DNA from: Eledone cirrhosa | Taxonomy: Eukaryota | DNA length: 64,000 nucleotides | Assembly: GCA_964016885.1 (NCBI GenBank) | Contig: OZ024741.1 | Span: 142,414,001 to 142,478,000, forward strand | Direction of reading: 5' to 3' | In this document: piece after piece, positions 1 to 14,267 of the stretch | How positions within the stretch are numbered: position 1 is the first letter of the stretch | Layout of the letters: every line of letters starts with the position of its first letter | Program-made: the position numbers and the translations under genes | The notes under the pieces: model-generated | Seen by the model: only the letters and a program-made list of their open reading frames with translations | What the model was told of the DNA's origin: nothing | Database searches by the model: none

Positions 1-351
1 GTGTAAACTGCTTATCACCGCCATCACACCTCCACAGTAACACCATCACACAACCACTACCATCATCACATTCCACAATACCATTATCATACACATACTT
101 ATTTACATAGTCTGCCAGAAACAAACAAAAACAATATCTATTCATATATTCACATTAAAATTTTTTTTTTTTAAATATTTCTCCATTTTACTCTCACTTA
201 ACATGACATAACTTTGTGGCAAAAAGCAGGTCTTGGAGAGGAGAGGGTAGGGGCTAAATTCTCAGACATTAGAGTGAGGAAGCTGGCTCACACAAGCATC
301 CCAAAATCCAGTTGTTGGTGAAGTCTGCAGCAATTATTATTACTACTAATA

Positions 352-1385
352 ATAATAATTGTTTCTACTTTTGGCACAAGGCCAGCAAATACCCAGTACA
401 TTACTGGTACTTTATTTTATCGACCCCGTAGGGATGAAAGGGAAAGTGAACCTCGGCGGGATTTGAACTCAGAAACAAAAAAATCGATTATATCAGCCCC
501 AATACTTTACTTCTATTTATTTTATCAACCCCAATACTTTACCGGTACTTTATTTTATCATACCCCTCACCCCACCCAGAAGGATGAAAGGCAAAGTTGA
601 CCTCAGGATGTAAAGAGCCATAACTAAATACCACAGGATATTTTGTTCAGTACTCTAACAATTTGGTCAATCCACCATCCTAATACTAATAAGTGTTTCT
701 ATTTTTGGCACAAGGCCAACAATTTTGAAGGGTAGGGGGAAGGTCGATTAAATCAACCCCATGCATTACTGGTACTTTATTTTATCGATCCCATAGGGAT
801 GAAAAGCAAAGCTAACCTCGGTGGGATTTGAACTCAGAATGTAAAGGGATGTAATTATATGCCACAAAGCATTTTGTTGGGTGCTCTACTGATACTGCCA
901 ATCCACCACCCAATAACAATAATAATGCTGATGATTTCTTAATTATATTATTTTTTTAATAATAATCATTTCTGGCATAAACACAAGGTCACAAATTTTA
1001 GTGGGGATGAAATTGACTGCAGTGTATTACTGGTATTTATTTAATCCACTTATCCAACCAACTCCAGACCGTTGAAAATGAAAGTTAACATTGCCAGGAT
1101 TTAAGCTGAGAATATAATGATGTAATAGGATGGGTATAAATATATTGCACAAGGCTTCACAGTTCTGTGGCTTCTGCCATTCACTATTTTAATAATAATA
1201 ATGATTTCTGACATAGTATCAAGGCCAACAATTTTTGGAGAGGAAGAAAGTTGATTATGTTGACTCCAGTACATGACTGGTACATTATTTTATCAACCTC
1301 AGAAGGATGACAGGCAAAGTTAACCCAGAACATAAAGCAGACCAAATACTGCTAAGTATTTGTCCAATAATCTAACAACTCTCCC
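352..1385 (-). mobile_element. Head-to-tail cluster of about 5-6 copies of one SINE family
   Basis: Repeated module ...GGCACAAGGCCAGCAA..CTGGTACTTTATTTTATCGACCCC..AGGATGAAAGGCAAAGT..ACCTCGGCGGGATTTGAACTCAGAA, with copies separated by (AAT)n. GTTCAAATCC on the - strand is B-box-like. Confidence 0.8.
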
Positions 1386-1399
1386 AAACCACAAACCTC

Positions 1400-1920
1400 A
1401 TCTTCATTGGTCATGGGGCCAAAAACATTAAAGGCAATACAAATAAACAGGGATAGTAAGGATTTACATAAAACAAGTAAACAGGAAAAAACACAGGTAA
1501 CATAATAACAATAAATTAATAGCAGAATTTCCCAATGGGAGGGGGGGGGTCACTGAGGTAATTAAGGAATCCCACAGATCTGAGATCACCCCAATCAATC
1601 ACTAAGGGCACCATAAGCATGTGCCCCTGTCTCTCTGATATTCTTTCCAGCCTACAGGCATATGTTTTGAGTAGATTCATTCACTCAAGCCATTTTTTCT
1701 ATGTTCATCTACTTTTTAACAACTATTTTGTAGGGCAGCACTTCGCTTTCCACTTTTATCTTCCTTTTCAAGTCGAATTTGAAAAGGCCAAAGAGGGATG
1801 TTTCTGTCATCAGTGTTTCTCGTCTCCTCCACTATATAACCTCTTTCATCATAACTACCAGACACAGGAAAACTGCCTGCCCATTCCAGCCAAAAGGAGA
1901 TAGTAAGATAATCTTCATGG
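1400..1920 (-). mobile_element. Decayed 3' end of an L1/Tx1-like LINE (ORF2 C-terminus plus 3' UTR)
   Basis: The minus strand reads LFGLFKFDLKRKIKVESEVLP..., with stops, followed by a T-rich tail. It resembles Tx1-type ORF2 ends from memory. Confidence 0.45.
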
Positions 1921-4900
1921 TGGAGTTAAATGATAAAAAGGAATGTTGATAGATGGCCATGGTAGCAAAACACCAGACTAAAGTACTTCACAGTATTTTT
2001 ATAGTTTCGCTCACTCTCAGTTCTGAGTTGGTTATTGGTCATTTCCCATTTTCATAACTGAGGGCCAGGGACCATGGACAGTTGCACGAATGTTCTCTAT
2101 TGGTTCCTCTTGCTCGCCATGACCGTGCATTCCATTAGTGCTCTTCCCATCCAATCCCTGATGTCATCACCTTACTGAAGTTAGCTTTGATTTACTGTTG
2201 TACAACAATAGAGACAGTATCAGTCACAATACAACAGTAGTGATAATAATCACAACAACAACAACAATAGTACCGACAGGAGTAACAGACATAACAATCA
2301 CAATAAGCATCACCATTATCATCAACACTAGCAGAGTTTAGAACAAGAAAACCAAAGAAAATGTACACACACACACACTTTCACCAGAGATAACAAACCA
2401 GTTACTTAATCATTGGTAAGTTAAAGTCTAAAGTCTGTCTCAAGCCTGAAGGCTGATCAGGCCAGTGCTTATCCCAGTTTCGCTGGTACATTGTTGGGTT
2501 TACTCCTAGTTAATGCTGGTACTCATTTTCAACTGAGTATACTGGAGCAATATGAAATGAAGTGTTTTGCTCAAAAACTCAACATGGCACCCTGTCCATG
2601 AATCAAACTCGTGACATTGTAATCATAAGTCCAACATTGTAACCACTAAGCCATTAGTAGACTGATAAATTCATTCACCTCAAGAGTATAGAAACTAAAG
2701 TTTCAAACCATGTCCTTCCTTTGACAGTGAAGTAAACATCCAGTAGTTTCAACGATGAGTGTTCCAGTTGTCCAATCAATGGAATAACCTATTAGTTAAA
2801 TTAATATTTAAGTGGCTGAGTATTCCATAGATACAGTTATCCTTAATATGATCCTTAGGCAAAATCAGTATGGCACATGTGACAGATATAATCACAAAAT
2901 TTGGGTTGACCCAAGGCTACAGTAAAAGACATTTTCCCAAGGTACTATACAGTGAGATTGAACCTTGTGATTGCAAAGCAAACTTCTCAGTCATTGAACC
3001 AAGGAGAAAAAAGTGGTGTTATCACCTAGGTTGAAGACAACTAATGAAGTAATGTCCCTCCATCCCAAACAACATGACTTTTTCTACTTTCCTTACTCAG
3101 ATGTAGGAGCAAAGATCAAAACCTTAAATGCTGCAATCCTTGTTGACTAAAGCAGTGAATTAGCCAAGTTTTTTTTTAAATAGGACAAAATGTCTGGCAG
3201 TATTTGTTCTAGCTTTCTGTGCTCTAAGTTCATACACTGTCATAACCAACTTTACCTTTCATCATTCAGAGATCAATCAAGTAAAATAACAGTCTAGGAT
3301 TGTGGTTCTGGCTCTTTGTATTCTGAGTTCAAATTCTGCTGTAGCCAACTTGGGTAGTAGACTTAATCCATCGACCAGTTTAACATTACCTCGTCTTTGG
3401 GTTCTTTTAGCAGACGCCACACTACACACCAAAAGAAGCATTTGAACCAGGTCTCCAGTAAAGATACCTTCCTCCCTCCCCTCCCAGCAATTGCAGAGGC
3501 CTTTCTCTCCCTGACTAAAAAGTACAAAAAAAAATTGTCGATGCAGACCATCACCATTTTTTTTTTTTTTTCAGATACTAGATTTTACCCTACTTAAACA
3601 TTGATATCATATCAGCCATATCATATATTGTCATCTGTGTCCATTTGATAAGTTGACTAAAGCCAGCAGGAGTATCTTTAGATAATTAACTGAAGCTAGA
3701 TGGAGTATCTTCAGATAACTAACTCTTACGGAAGAAAGAAAACAAGTTTTTCCTAATGAAACCATGAACAAATATTTTCAATTAAAAAGATGCATGATAT
3801 GGTGTGAGAGGAGGGAATTGAGAAGCAAGAGGTAAAATAGTGGTCAATGATGACAGAAGAGTGTGGAGGCAATGGTGTGGAGTTTCAAATCAGTTGGGTC
3901 ATTTCCCATTCAGAGTGTAAGGAAGGTTAAAATATACTGCAGTGAGGAGGGAATCACACCAAACTAAAATTGGTTAAGTGATGTGATCTGGAAAAGTGTT
4001 GGGGACCTGTAAGAGAATATTTCAAGAACACATCAGAAGCTAATCCCCTCTTACACATAAACATGCTGATATCATGAATTAATTTTTAACATGGCAGAGT
4101 GGAAGGTGAGAGAGAGAGGGGGGGGTAAAGCAATCATGGCAACTGGGGTAGGGAGGTATAAAGAGAAAGTTATATATATTTAGGCTATGTATTAGGTGAG
4201 GTTGCTGAGGGGCGTGTGCTTTCAATGTTTGACTGCTGTGTATCAACAAGACTTCAAATCTTATATGTATATCAATAAAATACAGCCTATCTTATCTCCG
4301 TCAATCAACCCCAGAAATTATTGATTTTGTTTTTCTTTGGTTTTGTTAAAAAATTCTTTATTTTTACTTGGTGGAAGGGAAGCATGCAGTCATATAAAAA
4401 GTGTTTTATGTTTGTTGAAATGAAAAGTGACAATATATATGTTTAGATTCATAGAAAATGTAAGAGTTCCAGATGCAGAAAATAACTGTAAACACAGTCA
4501 AGTGTTATAAACTTTAGTTTTGAAAATCAGGTAAAATACCCCTGTGGGTGGAAAAAAAAGTAGCCAGCAGCCGTTACAAAGAATCAAACTCCTTATCTTT
4601 CAAATTCTGGCTGAGTGCTCTAACCATTGAACTAAGGAACCTTTGGCAACAGCTTCCATCTTAATGAGAGAGCTATATAAACAGCTTTTGGGATATATAT
4701 AATGCATCCAGTGCATGCTGTAAATGGGTTGGTGATAGGAAGGGCATCAAGCCATTGACACTTTGCCAAACAAAGGGTTGAAAGGATTCTTCAGTTGTCA
4801 AGGGTATGATAACCTTCCTAGTGTTGGTGACACAATAAAATGCACCCAGTACAATCTGTAAATTGGTTGGTGATAGGAAGACCATCTGGCCATAGAAACC

Positions 4901-5829
4901 TTGCCAAACAAAAGGATGAGAGGTCTTTTCAGTTGTGTCGAGAACATGACAACCTCCCAGTGTTGGAGACATGGTAAAATGCACCTATTGCACTCTATAG
5001 AATGTGGAAACCTGAGCAAGCAAGATGCAGCCCCCAACTTATCTGAGAACTCAATGGCTTCAACTAAGTACTGACTTTATGATGACCCGTTCAACCTTTG
5101 CTAGCAGGGAAATTGACATTAAATGATGATGATGTCAAGATATACTTAACCCATATTCTCTTCGGGAGAACTCCTTGTGGCCTCAGGTAACATCAGAGAC
5201 TTATGTGCAACTGTCAATACAATCTAAGCCTGAACATCCACATCAGCAATAAAATTGATACTTGCTTCTGAATCATTAGAAGTTTCCAGGTGCCATTATT
5301 CTTCTATTCTGTGCATTAGCTCAGTATCACCTTGAATACTGTTGCCCATAGTGGTCTCCCCTTACCAAATAAAGTATTATGAAAATTGAAGCACTACCAC
5401 CAGTAAATAAATAGCATGACAAACTTTGATTATTGGCAAATAGCTCAAACTTTATTCTCTCCAATACTGCTATGAGTGATATGCCATTTTTATAATACAC
5501 CAAATATTTCATGAACATTACTCAAATGATGCTCACATCAAGTTTCAGTATTACCTCAGGTGTAGCCCCTCATTGGCATGCAAAGGGGGTGGGGGCAGGG
5601 CATCCAACCAAAGAATCATGCAGAGTTCTCCACGCAATAATGCTACTGAGCACAGCACCCAAATCAAAAGGCTGAGTAATTTATTAACTTGAAATTCGAT
5701 GCTTATGTTACAACAACACTTTTTGGGGCTGATTTTATATTAATTCTAAATGTTTCTTTCATGTTTCATCTGTTTTTACATATTTTGAAATGTCTTCCGT
5801 GCTCACATTTCTCAGTACAGCCCTATACT

Positions 5830-6110
5830 TGAGTTTTAGGGACATACAATCAAGGAGTGGGCATCACCAAAGCCCTTCACATCACTGGGCCCCCTGTACT
5901 ATAGCCTCTACAAAAATTGAGCTCCCATCATATAACCACAGGGCAACACAATTATTTGACTTCATCTGGTCTAGCTTCAACAAATCAAGGAAGAAAAGAT
6001 TCTATAGCCTTCAAAAAGTATCTGGATAAATTCCTCCAAGAAGTACCAGATAAGCTAGCAAGACCTGGATAGATTTCAGTCAATAACTCCCTTGTTGAAT
6101 GAGCTATAGT
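5830..6110 (+). mobile_element. CR1/L2-type LINE 3' fragment
   Basis: Degenerate NHRATQLF...FKKYLDKFLQEVPDK, typical of the CR1/L2 ORF2 C-terminus. Confidence 0.5.
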
Positions 6111-6745
6111 GTCCCATGTGCAAGATATCATCCTCGTAGATAAGCTGCACGACATGATCAATGATGTTACGTGATGTCATTAGGTGTTTCTAGTCTTTCA
6201 ACATCATACATATGCCTTAAAAGACATCATCAGATGGTTCTATTAAATTAGATATGGCTGGACAAATACTAACCAAATCCTATCAAATGAAAATATAAAA
6301 ATACATCCCCTTTTTTTTTCTGTTAAATAAAAGATAGAAAGTTGAAATTGGTGTAAAACCAAACAAATATAATGTCTTGCATAATTGAATTAGGTGCAGG
6401 TATGGACATGAGAATATTAGAAATAAAGAAATTGAGTTTGGCAAATGCATAGCTGTGTGATTCAGAAGTTCACTTTCCAATCATATAGTTCCAAGCTTAA
6501 TTCCATTGTTTGGCCCCTTGTGAGTAAAATTTGGTGGACAGAAACCTGCCATATTTGTATGTATGTCCTGTCTCTGTTTATATCCCATAACTTAGCAGTT
6601 AGACAAAAATATATTGTTCAAATAAGTGCCAAGCTTGAAAAATAAACACTGGGGTGAATATGATCAATTAAATCAAGACAGTGCTGCTGCAGACTACTGA
6701 ATGAAACAATTAAGAGAATATATATATATAATGTATAACACACAC

Positions 6746-6778
<33 letters not shown>

Positions 6779-7571
6779 TTCTACTATTAATGCCATGTGT
6801 ATTGACTAAGAGGTTTGCATCTAGCCATAAACCATAAAGTACTGCCTCAAATAACTCCATCCAAACCATGCCAACACAAAAAGCTGGATGTTTAGCTAAT
6901 GATATATATGTGTTGGTGAAATATGTAAGCCTAGGTGAGAACTCCACCATCACTACCACAAAAAAAAATATCTTTCAAATAAAAATACTGTTGTATTTGT
7001 TTCCATGAGTTGCTCAGGCAATCCATTGTCACGGTTACCAACAGAAATGCAGTAATCCTGCAATTTGACTCATTGAAAACATGTAGCTAAAACTTTTTTT
7101 TTTTCTATGCTTAAATAAAATGAGTAAAAAAGCTAAAATTGCTATAAAACAAAGCAAATATGTTTAGATTTAGCACAACTGAGACAGGTGCAAGTTTAGA
7201 CATGAAATGTTAAAAAATAAACAGAGTGAATGGATAATTAAAGCTTAAGATAAGATTTGGCAGAATCAGTAGAGTGTCTGACAAAATGCCTTTTCTCTTT
7301 GTGTCCTGAGATCAAATATTGCCATGGTCAACTTCACCTTTCATCCTGTCCAGGATAAATTAAATACCAATCCAGAGCAGAATTGTTGGAAAGCATTGGA
7401 TGAGAGAGCTTGTGGTATACGTTTGAGCATTTTAACCAGTTGGTCATTCAATTGATCATAAGTGGTGAGGTATTATGCTGAGGAACCCCTAGTCAACTCA
7501 TGCCAGTATAAGAAACAGATGTAAAATGATGATAACAATGATTGCCTTGGTGAAAGGGTGATGATACATAC

Positions 7572-7692
7572 AATAATTGTTTCTACTTTTGGCACAAGAC
7601 CAGCAATTATCCCAGTGCATTACTGGTACTTTATTTTATCGACCCCGTAAGGATGAAAGGCAAAGTTAACCTCGGCAGGATTTGAACTCAGA
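7572..7692 (-). mobile_element. Young SINE copy, same family as 352-1385 and 39740-41330
   Basis: Near-identical to 355-472 and to the reverse complement of about 39819-39938. Confidence 0.8.
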
Positions 7693-8639
7693 TCAGAAAG
7701 GGGCGTAACTCTGTCCGACCCTGCCAAACCACTGCCCTTACAATAATGAAAGAATGCTTCTGAGTTATAAATTACTAAAGAACTATGTAATAAGAAGCAG
7801 TCAAACATCCTCTTTATTTGTTTATTATCTAATGGCAATCCCTTTAGTGCTGATGCCACAATAAAATGCACCCAGCACACTCTGTAGAGGAGGGGAACAT
7901 GTAAATAAAACGTAAACCACCAACAACTCACAACCCATTCTGAGAAGTCAGTAGCTCTGATTAACTACCGAGTTGGTTTGTGACAACCAGTCCAATCCTT
8001 GTTAGCAAGGAAAACAGATGTTAAATGATGATTGATGACATAATTCAGAGAGGTTTATAATCTGATAAGAAACAACACTGATCTATTAGATTAGCTATGT
8101 GAGTCATAAATCAAAACAAAGTATTAGGGGCATATTATTGTCTGCCACTCTCATGATTTTGCGAACCCACCACCCTAAAGAATTATATATATATCATCAT
8201 TTAATGTCCAAGGTTTGGACTGGTCTTCATAAACCAATTCAGCACTCAAATGGGGCTACTGACCTCTCAGATGGGCTGGGACCTGCATCCACGAATGGTC
8301 CCATGCTCTACTGATTGCATTTTATCATGACACCAGCACTAGGAGGCCATCATGCCTTTGACACAACTGAAGGGTCCTCCTAACCATTTGTTTGACAAGT
8401 TTGCTATGATTAGATGCCCTCTCTCTCACCAACACTAGAGAGGTTCTTATGCCATTGGCACAACTGAAAGTTGCTCTCAACCCTTATTGGCATGGTGCCT
8501 TTTCTATCATTAATCATCTTACAGAGTGTAATGGTTGCATTTTTGTGAACCCAGCACTAGATAGGTTGTCGGTTATTCATCCAACTGAAGAGCCCTCTCT
8601 ACTAACTGAATAAGAAAAATATGGTCTTCTGAACTTCCT

Positions 8640-9085
8640 GTGCACAATAAATCTGTGGCCCACAATGTGTTTGCTGTACCTCTCCTGACACCAATATTTG
8701 GAATACTTAATTGGATGCTAGATGAAATCTGAGTCATCTATCTACGTTAAAACCCGGAAAATCCTAACCAACACCAGAAATGTCTTCATAAATGGTGACA
8801 TAGACTGCCTCTACCTACAACGTAAACAGGGAGACAGAGGCTTAACATCAGTTCAGACAGCCTTTGTGTGTTGCATTGTATCCCTCTGACAAAATCTACA
8901 ATCCCCTAAGCTTTGGAGCCATCTATTCAACAAGTCTGTCTACTGAAGACAGTTAACATCATGAGAATTTGGGAGGAGCTTCTTGGGAAATCCCTGTATG
9001 ATAAAAATTCACACCCAAGGAAATTGCACAACAATATCGCAATGAATCTAAAGATGAAAACTGGATGCTTATCAGCAAAAAAATA
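8640..9085 (+). mobile_element. R4/Dong-clade LINE fragment
   Basis: Translation AVPLLTPIFGILNW...NGDIDCLYLQRKQGDRGL matches the D(V)DRLYLPRKxGGRGL motif downstream of RT; contains stops. Confidence 0.6.
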
Positions 9086-9089
9086 ATAC

Positions 9090-9440
9090 AAGTTCACAAT
9101 CTTTTATCCTAAATTCCAAAAACCGAACATTTTTTCCCATGATGTTGTCTGCACACCAAAGCTTGCGTTTGATGCCAAACTTGACTCGAAACAACCCAGA
9201 TCACACCATTGTGTCTCAGTGCTCCTACCAGTCAGATGCACATCACCTCTGCTGCTCAAAGAAATTTTTTGTTTTTGCTTCTTTTTTTTTTTTGAAGACT
9301 GAAAATATCAAAAAGAACTGCAGATTCCCTTATTGCACTGAGCCACCCTGTCCCCTGTAATGTTTCATCTAAAACACTTTAAAATCTACGTTCTTCCATT
9401 CCGAAATCTGAAAAGTGCCTGCTCCCAAGGTTTTCGTAAA
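9090..9440. mobile_element. Tigger/pogo-like non-autonomous DNA transposon remnant
   Basis: Ends TACAAGTTCACAATC..TATCCTAAATTCCAAAAACCGAA and CCGAAATCTGAAAAGTGCCTGCTCCCAAGGTTTTCG resemble Tigger4-type subtermini. Confidence 0.4.
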
Positions 9441-9504
9441 ATTCTGAAATATATTTTTACTGTCCCATTAATGGGACAGTAAAAATATATATATTTCAGA
9501 ATTT
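9439..9504. repeat. Loopless palindrome (42-bp perfect core at 9449-9490)
   Basis: ATATATTTTTACTGTCCCATT|AATGGGACAGTAAAAATATAT, extended by AAATTCTGAA/TTCAGAATTT. Confidence 0.9.
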
Positions 9505-9779
9505 CTGCGTGTAATAACTAGATCCACACATACATTCATGAGACATAAACGCAAGAGAGGAAGGCAGAAAAATTGACTAATGCATTAATTAAATAGAATA
9601 TTCCGTATCTAAGCAATACGATTGCCGCAAACTACCAGCATGTTCAACAAAGAGTTTGGGAAAATACAGCAGAATATGATATAGCAGTCAACAATGAAGA
9701 TAATACTAATCAACAGGAACAGTAAAGGCGAGAATATTGTTAATCGTTTCAAAACTGAAACCGAGTACTCTATCCGCGA

Positions 9780-9935
9780 CTGTGATTGGTTGAAATGTTT
9801 CTCAACGTTAGACTTCGCTTGTAAATTTTGCTGTGATACTCTTTTGCAGAAGCCATATAGTCTAACCTGCTCGTTGATTGGCTAAAATTACTTTGTACGC
9901 TTTAGCCAGCTGGAGCCTATCGGAAGGTATTTAAA
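9780..9935 (+). promoter_or_regulatory. H2A promoter: two inverted CCAAT boxes and a TATA-like element
   Basis: GATTGGTT at about 9784 and GATTGGCT at about 9876; TATTTAAA at about 9928. Confidence 0.55.
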
Positions 9936-9997
9936 CCAAAAATTCAGCCATTTTCGTTACAGTTGTCGTTTGTTAAGCACAGTGTTTTAACTGAATT

Positions 9998-10375
9998 ATG
10001 TCAGGTCGCGGTAAAGGAGGTAAAGTGAAAGGAAAGAGCAAGACTCGATCGTCTCGTGCTGGACTTCAGTTCCCAGTCGGCAGGATCCATCGTCTTCTCC
10101 GCAAGGGTAACTACGCCCAGCGAGTTGGTGCCGGTGCTCCGGTCTACTTGGCTGCCGTCATGGAATATTTAGCTGCAGAAGTGCTGGAATTAGCAGGTAA
10201 TGCTGCCAGGGACAACAAGAAGTCTCGAATAATCCCCCGCCACTTGCAGTTGGCTATCCGCAACGACGAGGAATTAAATAAACTCCTTTCCGGAGTGACC
10301 ATCGCCCAGGGAGGAGTCTTGCCCAACATCCAGGCCGTCCTTCTACCCAAGAAGACACAAAAGGCTGCCAAGTAA
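9998..10375 (+). CDS. H2A: Histone H2A, canonical replication-dependent type
   Basis: 125-aa intronless [11 protein letters not shown]...[14 protein letters not shown]...QAVLLPKK; 3' stem-loop present. Confidence 0.99.
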   Translation: MSGRGKGGKVKGKSKTRSSRAGLQFPVGRIHRLLRKGNYAQRVGAGAPVYLAAVMEYLAAEVLELAGNAARDNKKSRIIPRHLQLAIRNDEELNKLLSGVTIAQGGVLPNIQAVLLPKKTQKAAK

Positions 10376-10442
10376 AAACGAAAGGAAAAAAGCAGAAAGA
10401 GAAGACAAGGCACCAATTATGCTACCACAGCACCAATCCAAC

Positions 10443-10458
10443 GGCCCTTCTAAGGGCC
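10443..10458 (+). terminator. Histone 3' stem-loop (H2A)
   Basis: GGCCCT-TCTA-AGGGCC followed by ACCCA. Confidence 0.95.
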
Positions 10459-10645
10459 ACCCATGACTTTATGAAAGTTTCATCATGGACCCTACTGTCA
10501 TTTCGTGATTATATCATTCTATTTCACTTGAGCCCAACTAACTAAAAGCCCTTCAATTATTTCCACTTAAAAACATTTTTTTTTTCCGAAGACGAATACA
10601 AAACTTTATTTAATCACAAATCAACTTTTTCACGGTCAACGTCTT

Positions 10646-10680
<35 letters not shown>

Positions 10681-11619
10681 TGTTCGGATGAGAACGGGAA
10701 GGGAACAGTTGTGATATACATTGAGAACTTTTTGTACTGTTACTCAGAAAAAGATTTTCCAAGTTGGAATCGAAACTGTTTGCCAAAAACGTGATTCCTA
10801 GCAGACGAATCCTCATTTTGTGTTTAGTGTTTTGTGTTTTTAATTGTCCCTCATGCAGATATGTCACCTCCAGAGAACAAACATAACATGCCATTCATTC
10901 TATACACAAAACATACCACACGTGACATAAGTGTAAGCAATTTCTCACCTCCACACGCCTTTCAACATTACACCAACTGATTGATACAGCAGTATCTATA
11001 TCTTTTCTCTATATCCTTCTTCCTCCTCACATAACATTGAAGTTATTCAGTCAAATACATCCCTCCCTAAGCATCCATTTCAAAATTCCCAATATTCTTT
11101 GTTCGTTCTGTAAGATTCTACCTAAAGAATACTGTTTAATTTACAGCCAATAAACATTTGATTGTCGTGATTATTGTTGTTATTCGTAATGTTGTGAGAT
11201 CGTCGCATCATGTCACTATTATACAAACTTTATTATACGATACTGTTATAGGACTGACTAAAGTGTTTAGAGTAATTCTTGTAGCAATTTTAACTTGTAA
11301 ACGACCTACATATTTTCTTTTCCCTGTTTGTAAAACCAGTCGTGAGTGTACCAAAGTTAAATGGGATATTCATTGTAAATAAAATTCTATAGTAGCTGAG
11401 CTGACTGTTTGGAACACATTGTATGTATATATATATATATAGACAATCAACAGCTTGGCAGGTTTCCACCCACCCCTTTTTAATTTGGAATCGTTTTCAT
11501 ATACAACAATTGTAATTAACTAATTATCTTCGGGAACATAAAAAAAATTATATTTTTAATTTTAAAAGAATGCATACAAATAAACTATATAGAAAAATGT
11601 GGGAAGATATTCCACAAAC

Positions 11620-11857
11620 GGCCGGATTTAATGAGGGCAATTGCCCCGGGCCGCCCTACGACAGCCGTTCAATTTATTTGTGCTCTCAGCTGGGCTTTTT
11701 AGTTTTAGGGTGGTTAGAATTATTTAATCTAATACCTGTATGTATAACTTTTCAATTCCAATTACTTGCGCCAAGCTAACTTTATGTAAAATTGGGGGGG
11801 GGGGGGTATTTTTTTTTTTTTTTAATGAGGTGCCCTCAAGGTCTAAATCCAACCCTG
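11620..11857. mobile_element. hAT-like MITE remnant
   Basis: Degenerate inverted termini GGCCGGATTTA ... TAAATCCAACCCTG. Confidence 0.4.
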
Positions 11858-14267
11858 GCCACAAGGGCGCTAGAGTTTCCGCCCCCATTAATTTTTGAGG
11901 CAAGCCATCACGCAAATTTTCTTTATCAATTTCATTCTCTGATTTTGTTTGTATCGTCATTTTATCGAAGAATAATCTATATGTATATATATATATGAGA
12001 GGTGTATCTGACCAGCTAGGTATGATAAAAAGTACTGCGTCACAAGAGTCCATCGGACCTATTCAAGTGATGCGGATGTAACAGCTGGCATTTTATATAT
12101 AAACTAGTTATGTGATTATCCCCCACCCCCCCCATCAAAAGTGAAACTTTATTAGGATTACTTAGAAGTGAGAAAGGCAATACTTCCATTCGATGTTTTT
12201 CTTATGGAATATTTTGACCTGTTTTTGCTAGTATAAAATATAAGCAGAATTTTTTTTTTTTTTTTTTTCTATCTTGCCTTCAAATTTCATGTTGATAAAA
12301 TTATAGTTCCAGATTTTCTACAATAATTGTTTCTATTTTAGGCACAAGGCCAGCAAAAACTCAGTACATTACTGGTACTTTATTTTACAATAATTAATTA
12401 GTAACAGCACAATTTATTTCAATTCTTGTTCAATTGTATGTATGCTTATGGAAGTAAATCAAATCACCACCATAAATGAACTTCGGTCAGTTTACCTTGT
12501 CCCAACCGACAGGACAAAGACATTGGGAGACGTGCTGGAACAACCACTCCACCTCTCACCTGGGGACAGCCAACTCCGCTTCGACAGCAGAGAACAGATG
12601 TGGTACGGGGAGAAAGAACGCCAGAAGTCTACACAACCACAAACCTATCAGCGGCCGATACTTAGGTAATCTGCTCTCTTCGGCCAGACTGTCGGTCAAG
12701 CCGGCGCACCAGGCTGTCGAGGTCATGTTGCACTCGATGGCATCCCATTTGTTTTGGGGGTGACTGGACGTCTTCGGAGGGGAGAAAGGGGTACAACTAT
12801 GAATTACGAAAAAAGCATATTTATGTATGTATATGCATGTATATTATTCTATTACATGTTCCAACCGACATGCTGGAGCTATACAAGTGTTATGTGAAGG
12901 CGCATAGCTTAGTTGTTGGACTTGCAATCGTGTGGTTGTGAGTTGTATCCTTGAGCAAGGAACTTTATTTCACGTTGCTCCAGTTAACTCAGAAATGGTG
13001 CCGAATTATATCGGCCTTGGACATTAGTGGCATGGAGAGGGGTGGCTGCTGGCCTTCCATAAACAACCTTGCCCGGACTTGTGCCTTGGAGGGGAACTTT
13101 CTAGGTGCAAATCCCATGGTCATTTGTAAACTATGTGGGTCTTTACACTTACCCTTTATATATATATATAGTTTTCAACTAGCAATAATCAACGCCTCGG
13201 CCATGGTAAACAGATACAAAAACAATTAGTGTTGGATGAAAAAAGTTCAATGAAAATTTAGCCCGACGTCAGGAAAGTAGAAAGATGAGAAAAAAAAAAT
13301 AAAAAGGGGGCTTGTTTTTTTGTTTTTTTTTTTGTATCGCCTTATATAGCTGGCAATGTCTATACATAGTGTCTGTTTATGGGTGTGGTTTGTTAGTGTA
13401 TGTATCAAATATAAAAGAAAATTGGTGACAAGTATTTGTTAAAACATTTACTTTTGCTACCTGAAATCCATTAAGTTACCTCCCTTAGACTGGCATTAGT
13501 CATAAATGCTAATGTACTTTTCGAAATTCTTGTGTTGTTATTTACCTCGCCTAACAGGAAAGGAGTGATAGAGTAAGGAAAAATGAAGAAATTACGGAGA
13601 TATGGTCGGAAAAAGAAACAAAATAAATTTAATAGAGAGGGTTACAATATGGAGAAATAGAGGATTCCAATAAACAAGAGAATTAGAACGAATAAAAGAT
13701 ATATACAGAAAGGAAATACTATAAGAGTAAAATTAACTAAAAAAAAAGACGAGTAAAATAGTGATGTGAAAGAATGCTAAGAGAAACAGAATGACCAAAG
13801 GCGAGTGAGACGGTGAAAAGCAAGAGAGAGTGAAGTAGTTCTTATGAATCTGTCATTTGTTTGTACAACAGACTGCTATAAAATGTTCCAATGTCAGTTT
13901 ATTCTGTCCATTTGTTCGATATCGCCATCAACACAGCTCTCTCATGACCACATCTGGAGAGATTAGAAAGTATTCTCCATTGATCAGTGAGTGGTCTCTA
14001 CTTTTTATATAGTGGATTTAGAAACAGGTCGATTGTGAGAGATAGAGAATGTTAGATCGTCGTATATATATATAAACAGATATGTAGCTAGATAGGCATA
14101 CAGACAGATAGATAGATTTCTTTCTTTCTTTTTTTCTAGAGGTAGATAAACAGACAGAGATAGACGGACATATGCATGCATACACACATCTATCTATCTA
14201 GCAAACTAGCTACTTATCTATCTGTCTGTCCATCCATTTATCTATCTATCTCATTCATGTTAACTCT

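Noticed and set aside
10144-10416. Antisense ORF over H2A
   Set aside because: Shadow frame of the histone codons.
10647-10677. Long poly(T) as a retrocopy tail
   Set aside because: No poly(A) signal, target-site duplication or recognisable parent sequence.
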